Assembly (NCBI GenBank): GCA_963663865.1 | Contig: OY760686.1 | Coordinates: forward strand, 1,600,001 to 1,664,000 | Direction of reading: 5' to 3' | DNA from: Spirochaetota bacterium | GTDB taxonomy: Bacteria; Spirochaetota; UBA4802; UBA5550 | Length of the DNA stretch: 64,000 nucleotides | Shown: piece after piece, positions 19,048-27,966 of the stretch | How positions within the stretch are numbered: position 1 is the first letter of the stretch | Layout: each line of letters begins with the position of its first letter | The notes under the pieces: model-generated | What the model saw: only the letters and a program-made list of their open reading frames with translations | What the model was told of the DNA's origin: nothing | The model's database searches: none | Translations under genes and position numbers: made by a program

Positions 19048-21192
19048 ATGACCGAAGAGGCGAAAAGAATTCTACTCATTGACGATGAGGTTGTCTTCTG
19101 CGAGATTATTGGAGACCTCATTGCTGATTTTGGATACAATGTCATAACAGAGAATTCGGGAGACGCCGGCCTTGAGGCTTTCAGGGACAGGCAGCCCGAC
19201 ATGGTTCTTGTTGACCTCAATATGCCGGGAACGGACGGTTACGGTGTTCTCAAGGGAATACGGGAGTCCGGTTCGGATATTCCCGTTATTGTTATTTCGG
19301 GAGCTGGTACTGTCGACGGTGTTGTGAGGGCGATTAACTTCGGGGCCTGGGATTTTATTTCAAAACCCATTGAGGACATCAGTATCTTTATCCACAAGAT
19401 TCAGTCTGCGTTTGAGAAACACAGACTGATAATCGACAAGAAGAACTATGAAAAATTTCTTGAGGAAGAGGTTCTTCGAAGGACAGAGTCTCTCCGTGAG
19501 GAAATAAAAATAAGAATTCTCGCCGAAGCAGAGCTGCGCAAGGTTACTGAGGCCATCCAGCAGAGCCCCTCCATGGTCATTATTACTGATCCCGGTGCTG
19601 TTATAGACTATGTTAACCCAAAATTCTGCGAGGTCACCGGATACAGCTTTGAGGAGCTGAAGGGTGTAAATGCGGGAATTGTCAAGTCAGGGGTACAGCC
19701 GGCTGATTTCTATCAGAATATGCTTGAGACAATTCATTCAGGCAGGGAGTGGAGGGGCGAGTTTCATAACAGAAAGAAAAACGGTGATTTTTTCTGGGAA
19801 TACATGGTTATCTCTTCGATCAAAAACGAAGAGGGGGAGATCACAAACTTTGTAGGAGTGGGCGAGGACATTACCATGAGGAAGGACTACGAGGACCTTC
19901 TCATGCGTCAGGCAAATTACGACACCCTCACCGACCTTCCGAACAGCATTCTTCTTATAGACCGTCTTACCCTGGCGCTGGCTCAGGCTGCCAGAAACAA
20001 CATGATAGTAGCGCTAATGCTTCTTGACCTTGACAACTTCAAGAAGGTAAATGATACCATGGGCCACGACATAGGCGACGAGATGATCAAAGAGGTCGCC
20101 CGCCGCCTTCAGCAGGCGGTGAGGAGCTCCGATACTGTCGCGCGTTTCAGCGGAGACAAGTTTTTTATTCTTCTTACCGAGCTTCACCGGTCGACCGAGG
20201 TCGAGACGATAGCGGAAAAAATCCGCAATGTAGTCTCAAATCCGTTTATTGTCGAAGAGTCTGTTTTTATGGTTACTGCCAGTATAGGAATTACGACGTT
20301 TCCTCAGGACGGGGACGATCCTCGCATACTTATGCGAAACGCGGACGCGGCAATGTACCGCTCAAAGGAAGAAGGAAGAAACCGCATCTGCTACTTTTCA
20401 AGCGAGCTCAACCAGAGGGCCCTCAGGCGTCTGCAGGTGGAGACTCAGCTCAGGTTTGCCCTCGCCAACGATGAATTTACGCTTCACTTTCAGCCGCAGA
20501 TCAATCTGAGGGAAAACAGGGTCAGCGGCGCGGAGTGCCTCATCCGCTGGAAGAATCCGGTGCTCGGGCAGGTTGGCCCTGATGAGTTCATCGGGATTGC
20601 TGAAGATACGGAGCTTATCAATCCCATCGGGGAGTATGTTCTGCGCAACGCGTGTATTCTCGCTTCAAAGTGGGTCAGCGGAGGCGGAAGTCCTGTAAAG
20701 ATTGCAGTGAATATCTCTTCCAGGCAGTTTAAAGAAGGGGGTTTTGTTGAAATGGTTGAGGATATTCTGAAGGAGTCAGGATATCCCCCGCGTTTTCTTG
20801 AGCTGGAGATAACCGAAAGCGTTCTTGTGACGAATGTCGATGAGACTGTTGATATTCTTCACAGACTGGTGAGAAAGGGCGTAAATGTATCTGTAGACGA
20901 TTTCGGCACCGGCTATTCTTCGTTGAGCTACCTGAAGAGGTTCCCGGTTAATTCGCTTAAGATCGACAAGTCATTTATCGGGAATCTGACGCGATCGAAT
21001 GAAGACGCCGCGCTTGCGAGGGCTATTATTGCGATGGGGCACAGCCTTGGTCTTGAGGTAGTCGCCGAGGGTGTCGAGAATGAAGAACAGCTGAGTTATC
21101 TTAAAAAGCTCGACTGCGACATTATTCAGGGGTACTATTACAGCAAGCCTATAGACTTTAACGCATTCAGGGATTTCATGCTCAAGTGGTGA
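19048..21192 (+). CDS. REC-PAS-GGDEF-EAL c-di-GMP signalling protein (likely phosphodiesterase)
   Basis: Receiver domain, PAS (YVNPKFCEVTGY, NRKKNG), degenerate SGDKF, and EAL domain with ECL, ELEITE, DDFGTGYSSLSYL and AEGVE. Confidence 0.92.
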   Translation: MTEEAKRILLIDDEVVFCEIIGDLIADFGYNVITENSGDAGLEAFRDRQPDMVLVDLNMPGTDGYGVLKGIRESGSDIPVIVISGAGTVDGVVRAINFGAWDFISKPIEDISIFIHKIQSAFEKHRLIIDKKNYEKFLEEEVLRRTESLREEIKIRILAEAELRKVTEAIQQSPSMVIITDPGAVIDYVNPKFCEVTGYSFEELKGVNAGIVKSGVQPADFYQNMLETIHSGREWRGEFHNRKKNGDFFWEYMVISSIKNEEGEITNFVGVGEDITMRKDYEDLLMRQANYDTLTDLPNSILLIDRLTLALAQAARNNMIVALMLLDLDNFKKVNDTMGHDIGDEMIKEVARRLQQAVRSSDTVARFSGDKFFILLTELHRSTEVETIAEKIRNVVSNPFIVEESVFMVTASIGITTFPQDGDDPRILMRNADAAMYRSKEEGRNRICYFSSELNQRALRRLQVETQLRFALANDEFTLHFQPQINLRENRVSGAECLIRWKNPVLGQVGPDEFIGIAEDTELINPIGEYVLRNACILASKWVSGGGSPVKIAVNISSRQFKEGGFVEMVEDILKESGYPPRFLELEITESVLVTNVDETVDILHRLVRKGVNVSVDDFGTGYSSLSYLKRFPVNSLKIDKSFIGNLTRSNEDAALARAIIAMGHSLGLEVVAEGVENEEQLSYLKKLDCDIIQGYYYSKPIDFNAFRDFMLKW

Positions 21193-21387
21193 TTTTCTAC
21201 TCCGGGGCGAAAAGTGATTGAAATTCAGAGGCGGTTGTGTTCTGTAAATCGTGTAATTCAGGACATTGACCGTGTTGTCATATTGGCCGCCCTGTTTGTA
21301 TTTTTGCCAGCTTTTCGCGGAATAACCGGGCTGTACCGTATGGTTGCCAGCCGGATTGTCAAAAAACAGTATATGGAGTAAGATAAA

Positions 21388-22356
21388 ATGAGAAAAACAG
21401 CCGTATTTGCCGTACTGATTGCCGTTGCAGCGGCATTTACCGCCTGCAAGAAGAAAAGCGAGCCCGCGAGAGAAGGGCTTGTCAATTTCGTTACAGGGCA
21501 GGTTTTTATCGACAGGAACGGATCGAAGAAGCAGGCTCAGGTGGGGGATGTGATCCGCCAGGGCATGAAAATTCAGACTCAGGAAAAATCGTTCATAGAT
21601 ATATATATCGGCGAGAACGCTGTTAAAGTCCTTGAGAACACCGAGGTTGAGGTTAATACTCTGCTTTTTGACGCGGAAACGGGCGGAGAAAAAACATCCC
21701 TCAAGGTTCAGAGAGGAGATGTTATCACGAGGGTCTCTAAGAAGCTTTCCAAACATGACAGCTATTCAATCTCAACTCCCACTACCATTGCTGCCGTCAG
21801 GGGAACCGAGTTCATGGTTTCAGAGAAGGACGGGGCCGGTCAGGTAGCCTGCCTTGACGGACTTGTCAGGGTCAGCGATGCTTCGGACGCAGATAAATCA
21901 TTTGTTGATATTGAGGCCGGACAGGAAGTCAAGGTCGAACCGGGAAAACCTCTGACTGTTCAGGAGCTCTCTGAAGAGAACAAAAAGAGGCTTCAGGGAA
22001 TAATCAGCGAGATAAGCGAGATAAGACAGGATATCCGCAGGCGCTTTGAAGAACAGCGTGAGCAGATACGCAAGCAGGTTTCGGATCAGCGTGACAGGAA
22101 CCGTGAGATGGTTGAAAAGCTGAAAGATGAAAACAAAAAGATGGTAGAGGACCAGAAAGCCCAGGACAAGGCCAATATTGAAGCTATTAAAGGCTCGGTT
22201 GATGAGGAAAAAGAAGCTGTAAAAGGCGGTGTTGATTCGGCGCGTGAGGATTCCAAAAAGCAGCTTGAAGGCGTTAAACCGGAGATCAAGAAGTTCGGCA
22301 TTGATTCGGTAAAGCCCCAGGTTAACAAGTTCTCAGCGGACATAGAAAAGAAGTAA
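21388..22356 (+). CDS. FecR-domain lipoprotein with coiled-coil tail (LipL45-like)
   Basis: Lipobox FTAC, FecR motif TPTTIAAVRGTEF, charged helical C-terminus. Confidence 0.75.
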   Translation: MRKTAVFAVLIAVAAAFTACKKKSEPAREGLVNFVTGQVFIDRNGSKKQAQVGDVIRQGMKIQTQEKSFIDIYIGENAVKVLENTEVEVNTLLFDAETGGEKTSLKVQRGDVITRVSKKLSKHDSYSISTPTTIAAVRGTEFMVSEKDGAGQVACLDGLVRVSDASDADKSFVDIEAGQEVKVEPGKPLTVQELSEENKKRLQGIISEISEIRQDIRRRFEEQREQIRKQVSDQRDRNREMVEKLKDENKKMVEDQKAQDKANIEAIKGSVDEEKEAVKGGVDSAREDSKKQLEGVKPEIKKFGIDSVKPQVNKFSADIEKK

Positions 22357-22381
22357 ATTCGACTGTGATGCACGATTTTCG

Positions 22382-22401
22382 GGGCCGGATAAGTCCGGCC
22401 C
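22382..22401 (+). terminator. GC-rich hairpin after the FecR lipoprotein
   Basis: GGGCCGGA-TAAG-TCCGGCCC; no clear U-tract on the + strand. Confidence 0.45.
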
Positions 22402-22450
22402 TGCCTGATTAATGCAGTGTGAGCGGTTGGGTGTGGCGCTAAATAGAGCC

Positions 22451-22528
22451 TTATGAGACATAATGTTGCAAAACGGGTGGATAGCATCCCTCAGAAGAGG
22501 TGAATAATAATTCGTTTATGTCTCATAA
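22451..22528. repeat. 13-bp inverted repeat pair TTATGAGACATAA / TTATGTCTCATAA upstream of flgB
   Basis: Exact reverse complements at 22451-22463 and 22516-22528, 52 bp apart. Confidence 0.85.
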
Positions 22529-22535
22529 AAAATAC

Positions 22536-22562
22536 TAATGCTATATGGAAATCGTCCGATTG
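22536..22562 (+). promoter_or_regulatory. Possible sigma-28 (FliA) promoter of the flgB operon
   Basis: TAAT-N15-TCCGATTG compared with consensus TAAA-N15-GCCGATAA. Confidence 0.35.
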
Positions 22563-22601
22563 AAGTATTAGAAGGAAATATCTGTTAATGAGGACGGGTT
22601 T

Positions 22602-23027
22602 ATGTTTACTACAAGAATGGAGCAGTCAAGTTACCTTCTCGAAAAGGCTCTCGACGCAGAGTCACTTAGAAGAAAGGTCATTGCTAACAATATTTCAAAT
22701 GTTAATGTTCCTCATTTCAAGAGGAGCGAGGTCAATTTCGAAAGTGAACTGAAAAGGATCATCAATCAGAGAGAAAATCCGGACAGCAAGCTTCCGGCAA
22801 GGCTGACGGATGATAGACATATACCGTTTTTTATACCCCGTGACGTGACAGAGGCGGGATTAAGAATTAACCATGACTACAGCACTACTTACAGAAATGA
22901 CGGGAACAATGTTGATATTGAAAAAGAAATGGTAGATGCGGCTAAAAATCTTATGAGATATAATTCATATGTATCAAGCATAAACCACAATTTTAAATTG
23001 ATGAAGCTTTCGATGAGAACTGCATAG
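22602..23027 (+). CDS. flgB: Flagellar basal-body rod protein FlgB
   Basis: VIANNISNVNVPHFKR and RNDGNNVDIEKEM. Confidence 0.95.
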   Translation: MFTTRMEQSSYLLEKALDAESLRRKVIANNISNVNVPHFKRSEVNFESELKRIINQRENPDSKLPARLTDDRHIPFFIPRDVTEAGLRINHDYSTTYRNDGNNVDIEKEMVDAAKNLMRYNSYVSSINHNFKLMKLSMRTA

Positions 23028-23039
23028 GGGTGATGAATA

Positions 23040-23498
23040 ATGGGAATGTTTGACAGCTTCAATATAGCCTCCACCGGACTTACGGCACAGAGGCTGAGGA
23101 TGGATCTTATCAGCAGCAACATCGCCAATGCTAACGCGACGAGGACGCCTGAAGGCGGCCCCTACCAGCGAAAAATGGCGATATTTGCCCCGATAAACAT
23201 AAGGCCTTCATACAAATCTCCACTTGTCCCGGAAAGGATTGAGCATGGGGCGGGACAGGGCGTAAGGATCGTTAAGATTGAGCAGGAAAAATCCCCTTTC
23301 AGGCTTGTGTACAACCCGGATCATCCGGATGCCATTAAGACAGGTCCAAAAAAGGGCTATGTTGAAATGCCGAATGTCAATGTTGTTACGGAAATGACGG
23401 ATCTTATTTCGGCTTCGAGATCGTATGAAGCGAATGTTACAATGGTGAACAACGCCAAGAGCATGTTCAGCAAGGCCCTGGAAATTGGCCGGGTCTGA
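23040..23498 (+). CDS. flgC: Flagellar basal-body rod protein FlgC
   Basis: GLTAQRLRMDLISSNIAN, PDHPDA and MPNVNVVTEMTDLISASRSYEAN. Confidence 0.96.
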   Translation: MGMFDSFNIASTGLTAQRLRMDLISSNIANANATRTPEGGPYQRKMAIFAPINIRPSYKSPLVPERIEHGAGQGVRIVKIEQEKSPFRLVYNPDHPDAIKTGPKKGYVEMPNVNVVTEMTDLISASRSYEANVTMVNNAKSMFSKALEIGRV

Positions 23499-23515
23499 CG
23501 GTAGGAGGTATTTAA

Positions 23516-23683
23516 ATGTACAGAGAAATATCGGTAATACGCGACGTAAATATCACACATGACCTTTCGATGAGGTCAAGTGAGAGAAGAAAGATTAACT
23601 GCGATCAGAAGCATGAGGGCGGCATTAAGGAAATGAGGGCGGAAATAAATATGCGTAACAGCGCTTCGGAGGTAACATTATGA
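23516..23683 (+). CDS. Putative 55-aa small protein between flgC and fliE
   Basis: AGGAGG RBS 7 nt before ATG, open for 55 codons, and its TGA overlaps the fliE ATG (ATGA). Below the ORF-track cutoff. Confidence 0.5.
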   Translation: MYREISVIRDVNITHDLSMRSSERRKINCDQKHEGGIKEMRAEINMRNSASEVTL

Positions 23684-24006
23684 GTATCGGCGGAATATAC
23701 CCGGGCAGTGAAGTCAGCATGAAGGTCACAAATCCACTTCACTATTCTGATAAAAAAGAGAAGTCCCTTGCTGAAGATGATATTTCCGGCAGCTTCGCTG
23801 AGATGTTTAACAGCGCTGTAAAAAAGGTCAATGATCAGCAGACTGGCGCAGAGGAAATGACCCGAAAAATGATCTATGAGCCTGGTTCGGTTGATATTCA
23901 CAGTGTAATGATCGCTCAGCAGAAGGCTGAAGTCTCGCTGACCTTCATGAAGGCCGTCCGTGACGAAGCTATCAGGGCTTACAGGGATCTGCTTAACATG
24001 AGGTAA
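23680..24006 (+). CDS. fliE: Flagellar hook-basal body protein FliE
   Basis: SFAEMF...VNDQQ, DIHSVMIAQQKAEVSL and AYRDLLNMR. Confidence 0.93.
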   Translation: MSIGGIYPGSEVSMKVTNPLHYSDKKEKSLAEDDISGSFAEMFNSAVKKVNDQQTGAEEMTRKMIYEPGSVDIHSVMIAQQKAEVSLTFMKAVRDEAIRAYRDLLNMR

Positions 24007-24062
24007 TCGGTTCTCCGGAGATGCGGAAACTGCATAATAAAGGGCCGATTACTGGAAATTAA

Positions 24063-24090
24063 TTGACATTTTGATTAATCTTTTTATTAT
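24063..24090 (+). promoter_or_regulatory. Sigma-70-type promoter upstream of fliF
   Basis: TTGACA-N16-TATTAT. Confidence 0.5.
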
Positions 24091-24188
24091 GTATTATGTC
24101 TCATTGTATGTTTTCAGCCAGGTTCCACTTTCCCGATCTACGTCTGGCTGCGGGGCAATGAGTAACTCAGTAGGTTTCCGGAGGGGTT

Positions 24189-25889
24189 ATGGCGGAGTTT
24201 ATTAATAAACTTATTGCACAGATAAAAGAGGTCTTTCTAAAGCTGGACAAGACGAAGAGAATCATCGTAGGCGCTGTGGGCGGCGTTGTGATTATCTCAT
24301 TCGTGTTTCTCTTCTCTGTCTCTACCGGCGAGCCAGACGCGGTACTCTTTTCAGAAATATCGACATCAGAGTTCGGAGCTGTTACCAAGAAGCTCGATGA
24401 GATGGGCTACAGGTACAAGGCCTCCGGCACCAGTTTGATCTTTGTAAATCCCGCAGAGAGAGACATAATCCTTACGAGACTTGCTCAGGAAGACGGCATT
24501 CCCAAGGGAATACCGGGCTGGAAGCTTTTTGATATATCAAGCTGGACTGAGACGGAAAAGGAGCTTGATGTAAAGTACATGCGGGCTCTCCGCGATGAGA
24601 TAAAACGTCACATCGAATCTCTCAAAAACATTGACAAGGCATCGGTCGATATAGCGATAGCCGAAGATACAATCTTCACCGACGGAACAAGTCCCTACAC
24701 AGCTGCCGTGAGTCTTACATTGGCTCCCGGCTATGACAAGCTCTCTCGAAAGGAAATAAAAGGCATTGTGCATCTCATCTCAAGGGCTGTCGGCAGCAGG
24801 CTGAAGCCCGAGGATGTTGTTGTCACCGACGACCACGGAAACATTATATCCGACTTTGACGACGAGTTTGACAAGGCAAAAATTGAGTACACAATACTTG
24901 AGCAGAGGAGGAAGCACGAGGAAAAGGCTCGTGTTAAAGTGCTCAAGGATATTAAAGAAGGGCTTTCCCGCATCTACTCTGAAGACCGCATCCAGGTTGT
25001 GCGCCTCAATATGGATTTCAACTGGGACAAGGTAACAGAACAGCAGGAAGAGTACACGCCTATAGTAATGGAACCGGATAATCCTGTGACCCCCTATTCC
25101 GAACGTAAGGTTAAGGATTCACTCGTCGTTTCAGAGAAATCTACTGATGAAAAATTTCAGGGACATGGCTGGAATCCTGAAGGCCCTGCCGGAACCGACA
25201 GCAATACCCCTCCGGGGTATAAGGCGAGTGATGACCAGTTCGCGAAATACGACAAAAACGAGAACATTAGAAATCACGCGGTAAACAAGACCGTGCGGAA
25301 CGTCGAGCGTAATCCTTACGATGTTACGAAGGTGTCAGTGGCGATAGCGATTGACGGACATCAGGACCTGCCCAGAAACACTGACGGATCATACGACCTT
25401 GATCCCGCAAAAAATCCAGTCCAGACGCCTCTGACAGAAGAGGAGCTCGCAAAGGCTGAGAATATCATCAAAAAGGCGATTAACTTCAGTGAGGCCCGTG
25501 GCGACCAGGTCGCTGTTGAAAATATAATGTTCGACCGCTCCAATTACTGGAATTCGATCAGGGAGGAGTACAGGCGCAAGGAGCAGATGAAAAAGCTTCT
25601 TCTTGCAGCTCTGATTGGAGTAATAGCTCTGTTTGTCGGATTCATTCTGTTCAGGTCGATTCAGCGTGAAATTGAAAGACGAAGACGCATACGCGAGGAG
25701 CAGCTCGCTCTCGAGCAGCAGAGAATGCGCGAGGCCGCCCTTCGTGTCGCGGAGGAAGAGGGAATCGATGTTGAGTTGTCTCTCGAAGACAGGGCAAGGA
25801 TGGAGCTTCATGAGAACGCGATCAATCTGGCGAGGGAGAGGCCGGACGATGTCGCTCAGCTTTTGAGGACCTGGCTTGCTGAAGAGTAG
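24189..25889 (+). CDS. fliF: Flagellar MS-ring protein FliF
   Basis: Two TM segments, GWKLFD, AINFSEARGDQVAVENI and C-terminal PDDVAQLLRTWL. Confidence 0.93.
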   Translation: MAEFINKLIAQIKEVFLKLDKTKRIIVGAVGGVVIISFVFLFSVSTGEPDAVLFSEISTSEFGAVTKKLDEMGYRYKASGTSLIFVNPAERDIILTRLAQEDGIPKGIPGWKLFDISSWTETEKELDVKYMRALRDEIKRHIESLKNIDKASVDIAIAEDTIFTDGTSPYTAAVSLTLAPGYDKLSRKEIKGIVHLISRAVGSRLKPEDVVVTDDHGNIISDFDDEFDKAKIEYTILEQRRKHEEKARVKVLKDIKEGLSRIYSEDRIQVVRLNMDFNWDKVTEQQEEYTPIVMEPDNPVTPYSERKVKDSLVVSEKSTDEKFQGHGWNPEGPAGTDSNTPPGYKASDDQFAKYDKNENIRNHAVNKTVRNVERNPYDVTKVSVAIAIDGHQDLPRNTDGSYDLDPAKNPVQTPLTEEELAKAENIIKKAINFSEARGDQVAVENIMFDRSNYWNSIREEYRRKEQMKKLLLAALIGVIALFVGFILFRSIQREIERRRRIREEQLALEQQRMREAALRVAEEEGIDVELSLEDRARMELHENAINLARERPDDVAQLLRTWLAEE

Positions 25890-25956
25890 TTTATTGCTGG
25901 CATAAGCCGGGCTTTTTCCCGATAATTTGGTTGAAGGGTGCGCACTGAACGGATTA

Positions 25957-25976
25957 TCTTTGTATCGATACAAAGA
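25957..25976. promoter_or_regulatory. 20-bp perfect palindrome TCTTTGTATCGATACAAAGA between fliF and fliG
   Basis: Self-complementary by inspection, followed by the hairpin TCCGGCG-GTG-CGCCGGA. Confidence 0.5.
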
Positions 25977-26027
25977 GTTCCGGCGGTGCGCCGGATTTAT
26001 TAATGCTTATCTCATTGAGGAGTTTAC

Positions 26028-27038
26028 ATGGCAAAAAAGGCTGAGCTGACTGGACGGCAGAAAGCCGCTATTTTCCTGGTTTCGCTCGGGTCGGATGTAT
26101 CGTCGGAGATTTTCAAACATCTCAGAGAAGACGAAATTGAACAGCTGACCTTTGAAATAGCACGTCTTGACAAGATTGAGCCTGAAGACAGGGACAGGGT
26201 GCTTCAGGAGTTCCAGGAAATGATGATGGCCCAGGAGTTTATCTCCAACGGGGGAATCGATTACGCGAGAGATGTCCTTGAGAGGGCTCTCGGAACCCAG
26301 AAGGCGATTGATATTGTCAACAGGCTGACTTCTTCCCTTCAGGTCAGGCCATTCGACTTTATACGAAGAACCGATCCAAGCCATCTGCTGAACTTTATCC
26401 AGGGAGAACACCCTCAGACTATTGCTCTCATACTCGCATATCTGGACGCCCAGAAGGCGGCCCAGATTCTTTCCGGCCTAAACCACCAGGTTCAGGCCGA
26501 TGTCGCCAGAAGGATTGCCCAGATGGACAGGACCTCGCCCGATGTTCTTCGCGAGGTCGAGAGGGTTCTTGAGAGAAAGCTGTCAACCCTGGCGAGTGAA
26601 GACTTTACATCAGCCGGAGGTATTGAGGCGATTGTTGAGGTTCTCAACAATGTTGACCGGGGAACGGAGAAGATAATCATTGAGGCTCTTGAAGAAGAGG
26701 ATCCTGAACTCGCCGAAGAGATCAAAAAGAGGATGTTTGTCTTCGAAGATATCCTGCTTCTCGACGACAGGTCGATACAGAAGGTTCTCCGCGAGGTCGA
26801 CACTCAGGATCTCGCGAAGGCGCTCAAGGGTGTCGATGCCGAGGTTCAGGAGAAGATATTCAGGAACATGTCAAAGCGCGCGTCTTCACTGCTGCGTGAG
26901 GATATGGACTTTATGGGCCCGATAAGGCTGCGCGACGTAGAGGAGTCACAGCAGAAGATTGTAAACATTATCAGAAAACTTGAAGATACCGGAGACATTA
27001 TTGTGGCCAGGGCCGGTGAGGAGGAGTTAGTTGTCTAA
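26028..27038 (+). CDS. fliG: Flagellar motor switch protein FliG
   Basis: GRQKAAIFL, GGIDYA, EHPQTIALIL, MFVFEDI and NMSKRA. Confidence 0.97.
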   Translation: MAKKAELTGRQKAAIFLVSLGSDVSSEIFKHLREDEIEQLTFEIARLDKIEPEDRDRVLQEFQEMMMAQEFISNGGIDYARDVLERALGTQKAIDIVNRLTSSLQVRPFDFIRRTDPSHLLNFIQGEHPQTIALILAYLDAQKAAQILSGLNHQVQADVARRIAQMDRTSPDVLREVERVLERKLSTLASEDFTSAGGIEAIVEVLNNVDRGTEKIIIEALEEEDPELAEEIKKRMFVFEDILLLDDRSIQKVLREVDTQDLAKALKGVDAEVQEKIFRNMSKRASSLLREDMDFMGPIRLRDVEESQQKIVNIIRKLEDTGDIIVARAGEEELVV

Positions 27039-27957
27039 GCTTGTTTTCAAACCGAACCAGATTAAGCAGTCCAGTATCGCTAAACAGATAGAGCTGCCAA
27101 GCAAGTACCAGCAGGACATTATTGAGGGCGAGGAGTTTAAGGAGTTTGAAGTCGATGAAGACGGAAATCCGATAGACGTCTACCGGGGGCCCTCAATTGA
27201 GGAGATGGAGGCCGAGCTCGAGAGGTACAGGCGGGAGACCGAAGAAGAAGTAAAGGACATGATTGAAAAGGCCAGAGCCGCCTCAAAGAGGATTGAGGAG
27301 GAAGGCCGCTCCGCCGCGTTTAACGAACTTCAGCAGGCCAGAGAGCAGATATCCCGTGAGATGGACAGCCTCAAGATTGATTCTGAGCAGGAGATCGAGA
27401 GAGGCAAGTTCGAAGCTGAAAAGATGATAAAGGAGGCCGAGCTCAAGGTTTCCGAGATTGAGCATGAGGCGTATAAAAAGGGCTATGAGGCCGGCCGTGA
27501 AGAGGGTTACAAGGAAGGGCAGGCAGAGGTAATGAGGCTCATTGACCGACTTGGAACGGTTGTATCCACCGCTGTTGATATCAGGGACGATATCATCAAG
27601 TCATCAGAAAAGCTGATGACCGAGATGATTCTGATGATATCCAGAAAGGTTATAAAGGATGAGATCGTCGAAAGGCGTGAGGTTGTCATCAACAATATAA
27701 AAGAAGCCATAAAGAGGGTGAAGGACAGGGACAGGATAGATATTCGTGTCAACTTTGCAGATCTTGACATGACAACAGCGCATAAGGATGAGCTGATTAA
27801 GATGATGGAGTCCCTGAAGAAGGTCAATATATACGAGGATTCAAGGGTTGAGCGCGGGGGATGCATCATTGAAACCGATGTTGGAGCGATTGACGCGCGT
27901 GTATCGACTCAGCTGGATGCCATAGAAGAAGCGATAAGGAATACAACTACTCTGTAG
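27031..27957 (+). CDS. fliH: Flagellar assembly protein FliH
   Basis: GxxxG repeats (KKGYEAGREEGYKEG) and GGCIIETDVGAIDAR. TTG start overlaps the fliG stop. Confidence 0.92.
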   Translation: MSKLVFKPNQIKQSSIAKQIELPSKYQQDIIEGEEFKEFEVDEDGNPIDVYRGPSIEEMEAELERYRRETEEEVKDMIEKARAASKRIEEEGRSAAFNELQQAREQISREMDSLKIDSEQEIERGKFEAEKMIKEAELKVSEIEHEAYKKGYEAGREEGYKEGQAEVMRLIDRLGTVVSTAVDIRDDIIKSSEKLMTEMILMISRKVIKDEIVERREVVINNIKEAIKRVKDRDRIDIRVNFADLDMTTAHKDELIKMMESLKKVNIYEDSRVERGGCIIETDVGAIDARVSTQLDAIEEAIRNTTTL

Positions 27958-27966
27958 CGGGAAAAC

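Noticed and set aside
20971-21756. Long antisense or shadow ORFs (e.g. 20971..21756, 51341..52015, 25389..25973, 8040..8609)
   Set aside because: They overlap well-supported genes on the opposite strand and have no motifs or RBS.
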